DNA from: a virus
Taxonomy: Duplodnaviria > Heunggongvirae > Uroviricota > Caudoviricetes
Direction: 5' to 3' (one strand)
Virus record (IMG/VR): IMGVR_UViG_3300035034_003552
DNA length: 64,000 bases
The position numbers and the translations under genes are program-made. The notes under the pieces were generated by a model. It had not been told where the DNA came from. It ran no database searches and saw nothing but the letters and a program-made list of their open reading frames with translations. Every line of letters begins with the position of its first letter. Within the stretch, counting starts at the first letter, position 1. Shown here piece by piece: positions 20,501-26,799 of this stretch.

Positions 20501-21316
20501 GGCAGCAGTATAAAAATAAATCCAGTAAGAGGATATTCTGTAGGTTATGTTGATTTATATAGTGAAGACGTTTGGACTTACAATTCATCAACTGATGAGG
20601 TAATATGTCAGATAAATTCAGTACCATATATAGGATTCATTTCTAATGACACTATAGAAAACTTCACTTTTGAAGCTAATTTCAGAGCAATAGGTGATGA
20701 TGATGCAATGTCATTTGTTATCGCTTTTGTGGAAGAAAACGGAGATGAATATACACTCTCAGCAGTAAGAGATCACGGTGGTAGTAATAGTGGGACAATA
20801 GCAGGGAACAATCACTGGGCCATATATTACAACTACAAAAGATCAAGTGCAGATATGTTAGATTATGTGGGAGAAGGAACAATAAGAGTAGGTAGTGGTA
20901 GTTGGAGTTCGTATCCATCAGGCACAAACGTTAAGGTAGAAAGAGAAGGTAATATCATAACTGCTTATACAAGTCAATTTGGAGAAGAATCATATGTTCC
21001 GTCATCTAAGCTGACTGTGGATTTAGATAGTGACCCAAAACTCCATAAATTTAAGGGAGAGCAAAGATATGGTTATGGTTCTCACTCTCAAAATCAGTCA
21101 ACATTTAGCAGTATAAACATTCAGGGTGGTATGAACAAAAATAAAATATATAACTTTGATACAGGAGAAGTTTACGTATATAACGAGAATACCATGCAAT
21201 GGGAAGTTTCTGATACCACTATCCAAGATGAAATTGGTTATGTGAGAGAAGTAGTAAATCCAGAAACTGGTGACAGATATTTAGTAAAAGAAAACGAGAT
21301 TATAAAAATGACCTAA
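17516..21316 (+). CDS. Giant (1266 aa) adhesin-like protein with three cadherin-like/VCBS-type repeats and a C-terminal lectin-like region; TTG start.
   Basis: SD 'aaggagg' + 7 nt + TTG. Repeats 'ANDDSFDIYEGGFINIYKSQMLDNDYDEGGNGPIEIIGF', 'ASDDTFEVTQGKELILSKSDLSDNDSDAGGFYPLTVTNV' and 'IAGTDTIEAYKD...' resemble bacterial cadherin-like / VCBS repeats (xDDxxxVxxGxxLxIxxxxLLxNDxDxDG). Confidence 0.65.
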   Translation: MAYITPNKEPGIYMDPFTVVFSVDSSVANIASTDDGSNPTIAKYIAYDNLNPPNPFIATVQDGRGNVLFDGGFPKYYNHRCNTSWNSFSDLNNTFKYFYNALDWIANDDKVAEGNRKILFLGDAIPGESYNIKQTGGSDFKTSIETMCRIGNWDPTYKVRTDFSGNQIDLSYADLEPYAAVFLMSSRHTSNKYITDNTVNNILAFREAGNGMFIITDHGSSANTGFYKTANYIAEELGAYFIGDYDRSPVNVGYLIDNYGNHPLWNGMARSDSISAGGSESEIIVDETPTTTTADSLTVNEQGFKTARFLIELDSGEKVFETYSYGLNAGDPVTIHNDLENGVEKIGFGRTIDLEFTINLGIMDSASGLVKRNSDVLAQWSKDSSNRTTEWFTDSGNNTIKVDNGDNIEIEMQNPVYYSESFTVNAAPRDSSAISINLKDKRSEYISVDWTYNNRIELDYLEFIFLKNEDGGTQVDIDDDGTLEDKMNLNNASSYSVSNLEPATEYKYKLRVYDKNGGSLDSDYYTTKTDGAFKVKIDNNFKVPKNMLVKKDSGWVKLETSIKRDGNFKELDTGNTIRTQLFNTDMWSEFSKEVRAIHLIENDSDIYNTELIDVIEVIDFYGGTAELVKSDSLVETYVDFTSTDGPGQPAGFTYMVENAEGKKHIGHCQLDITEPPTLVANDDSFDIYEGGFINIYKSQMLDNDYDEGGNGPIEIIGFSDVTGGSLTEYDNYVRFDVTSLVGEAAEFKYTITNTIGLETTAYVKLIIRKGLIAGTDTIEAYKDIEKTIPLSTLDVEDISENPPVILTGLSNVSGATATHDDSSIYIKPTDPDGTTISFNYSVKNDIDLTDTGTVSIGIQPTPQLQASDDTFEVTQGKELILSKSDLSDNDSDAGGFYPLTVTNVHSPIGGNLNVSGDTITFESTGLAGEEAGFKYDIKNTQGITQTGNVYITVNPLPAVEALVYNSTAETEAVLDQYTPPTMKDMFDDWYRFAHSGSSIKINPVRGYSVGYVDLYSEDVWTYNSSTDEVICQINSVPYIGFISNDTIENFTFEANFRAIGDDDAMSFVIAFVEENGDEYTLSAVRDHGGSNSGTIAGNNHWAIYYNYKRSSADMLDYVGEGTIRVGSGSWSSYPSGTNVKVEREGNIITAYTSQFGEESYVPSSKLTVDLDSDPKLHKFKGEQRYGYGSHSQNQSTFSSINIQGGMNKNKIYNFDTGEVYVYNENTMQWEVSDTTIQDEIGYVREVVNPETGDRYLVKENEIIKMT

Positions 21317-21335
21317 AAAGAAAGGCAGTGATACT

Positions 21336-22109
21336 ATGGAAAATTACGATTTACCAGAGTGGACTCCCGCCGCCAACCTAATAATAAAACCCGATACAGA
21401 ACGAATAAATCTAGGTTGGAACGCAGGAGAAAAGCCACCACCTGGCCACTTTAACTGGTTTTGGAGCACAACCTATAAAGCCTTAGAAGTGCTGCAGGAT
21501 CATAGACATGATGATAGATACCACACCAGAATGGAGATGAGTAACCTATTAGGAAATGTATCCCCTAAAGGTCACCAACATGAAGGTGGGGATGTAATAT
21601 CAAAAGTTTCTCTAGCGGCCATCGCCGAAGAAGCTCAGGACTCAAAATTACTGGAAGGTCGCCAGGCCGAACAGTTTGCAGATAACGTACACTACCACGA
21701 TGATCGATACTACACCGAATCAGAATTAGACAATAAATTAAATCTAAAATCTAATTCTGGCCACACTCACAATTACTCACCTGATGACCACATACACTCA
21801 GATATTTACAAGACAGAAGAAGAAATATATCACCTTGCCTCAATGGTAAGTGTCCAAGATTTATCTATTCTTCAGGGTTCAATAGAGGACGGAGAAAGAC
21901 TACCACTTCCAAGCGGATTTACCGAAAGCGAATGCCAATGGATGGTCAGCCCACGACATGTAGTGACTACAGGTAATACAAATGGTTATGATGACGGGAA
22001 GGGTATAAGGTTTTATGTTGATAACAATAGAGATGTAGTAGCAAGATTTGATGGCTTGGGCGGTATGAGCGGAACAGCAAATTATATGGTAATAGGAGTT
22101 AAAAAATAA
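21336..22109 (+). CDS. Tail fiber paralog: N-terminal PPPGHFNWFW adaptor motif, HxH repeats, C-terminal domain of type II (shared with the 24349 gene).
   Basis: 'GWNAGEKPPPGHFNWFWSTT...DHRHDDRYHTR', 'VHYHDDRYYTESELDNKLNLKSNSGHTHNY'. The C-terminal 'LPLPSGFTESECQWMVS...NYMVIGVKK' aligns with the 24349 C-terminus 'LPIPSGFLRQECHYMAS...NYIVIGVR'. Confidence 0.75.
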   Translation: MENYDLPEWTPAANLIIKPDTERINLGWNAGEKPPPGHFNWFWSTTYKALEVLQDHRHDDRYHTRMEMSNLLGNVSPKGHQHEGGDVISKVSLAAIAEEAQDSKLLEGRQAEQFADNVHYHDDRYYTESELDNKLNLKSNSGHTHNYSPDDHIHSDIYKTEEEIYHLASMVSVQDLSILQGSIEDGERLPLPSGFTESECQWMVSPRHVVTTGNTNGYDDGKGIRFYVDNNRDVVARFDGLGGMSGTANYMVIGVKK

Positions 22110-22122
22110 AAGAGGTGGAATA

Positions 22123-22557
22123 ATGTACTTACTTATTAATACAGATAAAGAAACTATTTATGGGTTCGCATCAAGCAAACCTAATACAGATGACTTAGAG
22201 AAAAATAATTGTACAGCAGTAAAATATACAGGAGATAAAGATTATTCATTGCTTAAGCCGGATATAACTGATGGTGTAGTAATGGATGTAATAGACAAAA
22301 CTGAATACTTTATGAGTGCCGATGATCAGCAGATAAATGCCGGTACGGATACTACTTATATTAAAGCTGCAGTAAAAGATGGTGACAGTGACAAAGTTGA
22401 GTTTATAGTAAATGATGAATCAGTTGGTGTTACCATGACAACCGACACTGTTGCCGAACTTGAATTTAGTGCTGATAATCCAGGTATTTATACTATAACA
22501 GCAAAAAGTGTTGATAAAAGATACTTAAGCAACTCAATAAACATAGAGGTGATATAG
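22123..22557 (+). CDS. Hypothetical small protein following a fiber gene; possible fiber assembly or chaperone protein.
   Basis: SD 'agaggtgg'; 144 aa. Its position and size resemble those of the 26341 gene, which also follows a fiber gene. Confidence 0.55.
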   Translation: MYLLINTDKETIYGFASSKPNTDDLEKNNCTAVKYTGDKDYSLLKPDITDGVVMDVIDKTEYFMSADDQQINAGTDTTYIKAAVKDGDSDKVEFIVNDESVGVTMTTDTVAELEFSADNPGIYTITAKSVDKRYLSNSINIEVI

Positions 22558-22558
22558 T

Positions 22559-22675
22559 ATGTCAGATCTTAAATTTAATGGGACAAAGCCAAAAGAAAAA
22601 GAACCGGCAGAAAAGATAAAAGACCTCGAAGCTAGAATAGACAAGCTAGAAGAAATAATAAAAGAAAACGGATAG
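22559..22675 (+). CDS. Small (38 aa) coiled-coil peptide ORF, below the ORF-track cutoff.
   Basis: SD 'agaggtga' then ATG at 22559. It ends exactly where the next gene's SD begins. 'MSDLKFNGTKPKEKEPAEKIKDLEARIDKLEEIIKENG'. Confidence 0.35.
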   Translation: MSDLKFNGTKPKEKEPAEKIKDLEARIDKLEEIIKENG

Positions 22676-22685
22676 GAGGCAGTAA

Positions 22686-23516
22686 ATGGGATACTTAGAT
22701 GAAGTACCACAGTGGAATCCACCATCACTCAAAAAACATGCCCCAACACCTAAGAAAATAGAAGAAGGTTGGAATATAGACGAAAGACCGCCGGCTGGAT
22801 ATTTTAACTGGTTTTGGAGTGTTACAGCAAAAGCAATACAAGTATTTGATACTCACGATCACGACTACAAATATATAATCAGAGGCGAAGATGGAGCTAT
22901 CTCAGAAGAAATGCTCCAGTCAAACATTATAAATAACGAACATCTCTCAATGGATTTTAACTTAGAAGAGTACGGGGTAGCAGATACAGCACACGATCAT
23001 GATTCCAAGTACCTAAATAAAAATGGTGACACAATGTCTGGATCTTTAACCATAGGGAGAAATGCATTGCTTAAAAAGGTAACAAGTAACTCAGTAGAAA
23101 CCATAATAAGCAGTGATGGAAGAGTCTGGAATGCAGTATATAACGATATAGCTGAGATGTATAAAGCAGATAAATGGCTTAAAGAAAATCAAGTTCTTGT
23201 CTGGGATGGAGAAAAAGTCACAACGACTACTGAGAAAGAAGATAAAAGAGTCATTGGTGTTTATTCTGATACCTACGCTCAATGCCTGGGAGGACAACCC
23301 GATAGTAAGGGTGTAGTACCAATAGGAATAAGCGGAAAAGTAAAGGTCAAAGTGAAAGGACCTGTTAGCTCAGGTGATCTATTAACTACATCTGAAATAC
23401 CGGGAGTTGCTGTTAAATCAGAAAACAAAGAATTAGGAACAATATTCGGAAAGGCAATGACAGATGTCAAGGAAGACAAGATTAAAATTATATGGGCTTT
23501 CATAGCCGTAATATAA
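22686..23516 (+). CDS. Tail fiber paralog: N-terminal adaptor motif, HxH repeats, C-terminal domain of type I (shared with the 26799 gene).
   Basis: 'GWNIDERPPAGYFNWFWSVT...THDHDYKY', 'AHDHDSKYLNKNGDTMSGSLTI'. The C-terminal roughly 150 aa 'GRVWNAVYNDIAEMY...VIGVYSDTYAQCLGGQPDSKGVVPIGISGKVKVKVKGPV' aligns with 26799 'GRVWNSVYNDLAEMF...VVGVYSDTFAQCYGGQPDDEGAVPIGIAGRVDVKIKGPI'. Confidence 0.75.
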   Translation: MGYLDEVPQWNPPSLKKHAPTPKKIEEGWNIDERPPAGYFNWFWSVTAKAIQVFDTHDHDYKYIIRGEDGAISEEMLQSNIINNEHLSMDFNLEEYGVADTAHDHDSKYLNKNGDTMSGSLTIGRNALLKKVTSNSVETIISSDGRVWNAVYNDIAEMYKADKWLKENQVLVWDGEKVTTTTEKEDKRVIGVYSDTYAQCLGGQPDSKGVVPIGISGKVKVKVKGPVSSGDLLTTSEIPGVAVKSENKELGTIFGKAMTDVKEDKIKIIWAFIAVI

Positions 23517-23528
23517 GGAGGTAAATAA

Positions 23529-24335
23529 ATGTCAATAACAAATAAAATTCCAATTTGGAATTCTCCAAATAGTAAGATGGTTAATCCTCCAAGCTCGAAG
23601 ATAAATAGTGGTTGGAATCCCGGGGAAAAACCGCCAGCATACTATTTCAACTGGTTCTGGACCGCAACATCAAAAGCACTTGAAGAAATAAACAATCACT
23701 TACATGATTCAAGGTATGCAAGAATAAGCCACAACCACAATCAAAGTGATTTAGATATCAGCACTCACGAGAATAAAGACTCGGGAATACACGGAGTTGG
23801 AGCAAGTGAGATAGAAAGCACTTACGGAGCCCAGCAAAAAGCTGACATAGCAGAAAATAGGGCAAAAAATTACGCAGAAGATTTAGCAAGTGATGCAGGT
23901 GTCCCAACAGGAGCTGTAATAATGTGGACAGGGTCTACTTCTAATATACCAAACGGTTGGACTCTATGTAATGGTAATAATGGAGCACCAAATCTACAGA
24001 ATAGATTCGTAGTAGGAGCTGGAGCTTCTTATAGTGTAGGCAATACTGGTGGTGCTATATCAGTAAGACTGACAGAAGAACATATGCCATCACACTCCCA
24101 TACGGGTAACACTAGTTCAGGTGGAAATCACAGACATAGGATGAGCGCTAGATCGTGGACACATGCTGGTTTTAATCATATAAATGCTGCTGACACTACA
24201 GGTGCTAGCGGTAGTGTCTATACAGACTACAATGGGGCTCACTCTCATTCCTTTACGACTAGAACCACTGGTGGAGATCAGAGTCACGAAAACAGACCGC
24301 CATATTACGCTTTAGCATATATTATGAAATTATAA
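23529..24335 (+). CDS. Tail fiber with N-terminal adaptor motif and C-terminal phage tail-collar domain.
   Basis: 'GWNPGEKPPAYYFNWFWTAT...NHLHDSRYAR'. C-terminal 'GAVIMWTGSTSNIPNGWTLCNGNNGAPNLQNRFVVGAG...ENRPPYYALAYIMKL' matches the tail-collar signature (xIPxGWxLCNGxxGTPDLRxRFxVGAG...eNrPPYxALxYII). Confidence 0.8.
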   Translation: MSITNKIPIWNSPNSKMVNPPSSKINSGWNPGEKPPAYYFNWFWTATSKALEEINNHLHDSRYARISHNHNQSDLDISTHENKDSGIHGVGASEIESTYGAQQKADIAENRAKNYAEDLASDAGVPTGAVIMWTGSTSNIPNGWTLCNGNNGAPNLQNRFVVGAGASYSVGNTGGAISVRLTEEHMPSHSHTGNTSSGGNHRHRMSARSWTHAGFNHINAADTTGASGSVYTDYNGAHSHSFTTRTTGGDQSHENRPPYYALAYIMKL

Positions 24336-24348
24336 GGGAGGTGGATAA

Positions 24349-26325
24349 ATGCCACTTACTGACGAAGAAATGGAAAATAGGATACTCGAATTAGAGAGTG
24401 CGCTCGAATACCACGACCACATAGTACTATTTGAAAACGGTGGCGGGGGAGCGGACATTAAAAAGAATGCATTAACCTCAGAGCTTTCCACAGAGATCAA
24501 TAACAACTCCTCACACAGACTTACCCTTCAGAAAAACCCTCATGAAACAAGGGCACATCAAATACTTATCACTTCAGGCTCGTATCAGAGCCACAATATC
24601 GAAGAAGCTTTAAATATCATAGAAAATGACAGCCAAATAAATTATGGTGAACTGGAAGAATTCGCCGCACAGAAAACTAACACCATAAAAACCGGTGATG
24701 CCGTAACAAACTGGACTACAGCTGAGGCCTCAACCAAGAACAACAGGGCTCTCTTCGATCTGATAGGCAGTCATAAACATGATTCCAGATATCTTAATAT
24801 AGATGATTTCAATAACGAGATAGACAGGCATTATGATAGTGATGACCATGATGAAAGATACTACACCAAAGATAAGATGAACAGTGACCTCAACCTAAAG
24901 TCTAATAAAACACACCTTCATGATGATATTTATTTAAGGAGAAATCAGCTCGATGATCTGTATTTTAATGTAGCTGACGATGAACTCAATATAGACCTTG
25001 AGCTAATAAAGAATTCACCTAAAGTAATCCTGGACGATAAGAGCACTAACGGTAAGAACATACAGTTTAAGTCAACCAATGAGAGATTAGAGGTCGAAAT
25101 AAATAATAACCTAGCTGCTACCTTAAAGAAGGACTTTAACGTGCTCACATCTGGTGAAATTAAACTGCGGGGAACACCGGTATCCCTAGAAGGACATATC
25201 CATGATAACAGGTATTATACAGAAACAGAAACTCAGGACTTATTAAAAGATAAGTCGGAAAAAGGTCATGTGCACGACCATATATACTACAGAGAATCAG
25301 AAGTAGATAATTTCTTAGACGGCAAAACTGATGTTGGCCATGTGCATGTTGAACACTACACAAGAGAACAGGCTGATGATAGGTTTGTCAATGTAACTAC
25401 TGATTCAATAGAGAAACTTACTGTAGAAGATAAATTAATAATGAATGAGAGAATAGACCTGCACGAAAAAGGAATGCTTTTTAAAAGCTATATGTCTGGG
25501 ATAAATGTTAGCAATGATCCAGGCGGAGAACTGAGCATGAAAATTGATGCCGGCAACTTAGACCAGCTTTATTTGGATACTGACAAAGTAAAGGTTAGAA
25601 GAAACCTTGAAGTTGTTGGCGATATAGAACTGGGCCATCTAATAAACGGTGTCAATATAGAAGACTTAAATGAAGATTACAATTACCATAAGGCTCAGAG
25701 CGATTCTCACCACGAAAAATACACAGACCGCGAAGCAAGAGTAGCAATCTACAATGACTCAAACCACTACGATTTATCCAACCACCAACATAATCATAAT
25801 GATATATATTATAAAAAAGACTTTCTGGATTCAAGGTTCGATCAGAAATCAGATAAAGGCCATGATCATGATGATCAGTATATGCCAATAGATGAGCTGC
25901 AGAAAGAGCTTGATAATAAATCAGATATAGACCACCTTCACGATGATAGATACTACACCAAAGATAAGATGAATGAACAGATAACTCTAATAGGTGACGA
26001 GCTGGCCAGAAAATCAAACAAAACTCATGACCATAATGAAGAATATTACACTCATGATGATGTTGAAAGAATAATAGAAGAAAGAACTGGTAACAGCACC
26101 TATATAGTAAGTGGAGAAATAGTAACTGACATAAATGGTAGGGCCACACTCCCCATTCCATCGGGATTCTTAAGACAGGAGTGTCACTACATGGCTTCTA
26201 TAGGTGAGAATACACTGATACCATATTCCAGTTCTGGAATAGATATAAATAGAAGTAATGGTGAAATAAGAGTGCGTCCAAGCAGCGTAGATTCAGTAAA
26301 CTATATAGTAATTGGTGTTAGATAG
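24349..26325 (+). CDS. Histidine-repeat tail fiber (658 aa): at least 10 copies of an HxHDxRYYTK-type motif, C-terminal domain of type II.
   Basis: 'SHKHDSRYLNIDDF', 'DDHDERYYTKDKMNSDLNLKSNKTHLHDDIYL', 'GHIHDNRYYTETE', 'GHVHDHIYYRESEVDNFLDGKTDVGHVHVEHYTREQADDRF', 'NHQHNHNDIYYKKDF', 'GHDHDDQYMP', 'IDHLHDDRYYTKDKMNEQ', 'THDHNEEYYTHDDVE'. The C-terminus is shared with the 21336 gene. Confidence 0.75.
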   Translation: MPLTDEEMENRILELESALEYHDHIVLFENGGGGADIKKNALTSELSTEINNNSSHRLTLQKNPHETRAHQILITSGSYQSHNIEEALNIIENDSQINYGELEEFAAQKTNTIKTGDAVTNWTTAEASTKNNRALFDLIGSHKHDSRYLNIDDFNNEIDRHYDSDDHDERYYTKDKMNSDLNLKSNKTHLHDDIYLRRNQLDDLYFNVADDELNIDLELIKNSPKVILDDKSTNGKNIQFKSTNERLEVEINNNLAATLKKDFNVLTSGEIKLRGTPVSLEGHIHDNRYYTETETQDLLKDKSEKGHVHDHIYYRESEVDNFLDGKTDVGHVHVEHYTREQADDRFVNVTTDSIEKLTVEDKLIMNERIDLHEKGMLFKSYMSGINVSNDPGGELSMKIDAGNLDQLYLDTDKVKVRRNLEVVGDIELGHLINGVNIEDLNEDYNYHKAQSDSHHEKYTDREARVAIYNDSNHYDLSNHQHNHNDIYYKKDFLDSRFDQKSDKGHDHDDQYMPIDELQKELDNKSDIDHLHDDRYYTKDKMNEQITLIGDELARKSNKTHDHNEEYYTHDDVERIIEERTGNSTYIVSGEIVTDINGRATLPIPSGFLRQECHYMASIGENTLIPYSSSGIDINRSNGEIRVRPSSVDSVNYIVIGVR

Positions 26326-26340
26326 AAAGGAGGATTATAA

Positions 26341-26799
26341 GTGTTTTATTTACTTGATGAAGATACATTAGAGATAAAAGCCTCTCTTAGAGGGAAGCCC
26401 AACATAGAGGAGATAGAAAAAAACGGAATCATAGTCCTAGACTCACATTATGAATACTCTCCTCGAAAACTTGAGGCGGTCAAAAACTATGACAAAATAC
26501 GACTTACCTTCAAGCCCGAGATTAAAACTTACACAGAGGTCAACAAAAATCACATAATAATTAATATAGAAATCCATAAAGAAAATGGAGATATAGATAC
26601 AGAAAGATCAGAAGACTTAACCATATTCAGAGAAGACTATGATAATCCAGATGATACTTTTTTCACCGAGGTAACATTAGAAAATGGTAAAGCCAGAAAG
26701 GAACTAGTAGTTAAAGATACTGGCAAGTATATTATCGAAGTCAGAAACTCTAACTTTAGTGACACCTCTGAGACGGTAGTTGTGGAGGGGATTATCTAA
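26341..26799 (+). CDS. Hypothetical small protein following a fiber gene (GTG start); possible assembly or chaperone protein.
   Basis: SD 'aaaggagg' + GTG; 152 aa. The N-terminus 'MFYLLDEDTLEIKASLRGKPNIEEIEKNG' resembles that of the 22123 product 'MYLLINTDKETIYGFASSKPNTDDLEKNN'. Confidence 0.55.
   Translation: MFYLLDEDTLEIKASLRGKPNIEEIEKNGIIVLDSHYEYSPRKLEAVKNYDKIRLTFKPEIKTYTEVNKNHIIINIEIHKENGDIDTERSEDLTIFREDYDNPDDTFFTEVTLENGKARKELVVKDTGKYIIEVRNSNFSDTSETVVVEGII

Noticed and set aside
22686-23516. Considered calling the shared C-terminal domain of the 22686 and 26799 fibers a Peptidase_S74 intramolecular chaperone.
   Set aside because: I could not find the S74 hallmark (SD.RLK.NI / GFIAQE-type motifs as I remember them). 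I left it as an unassigned shared C-terminal domain.
25652-26161. 169-aa minus-strand ORF inside the histidine-repeat fiber gene.
   Set aside because: It is antisense to a strongly supported gene, and its His/Cys/Leu-rich composition is generated by the reverse complement of the HxH repeat codons.
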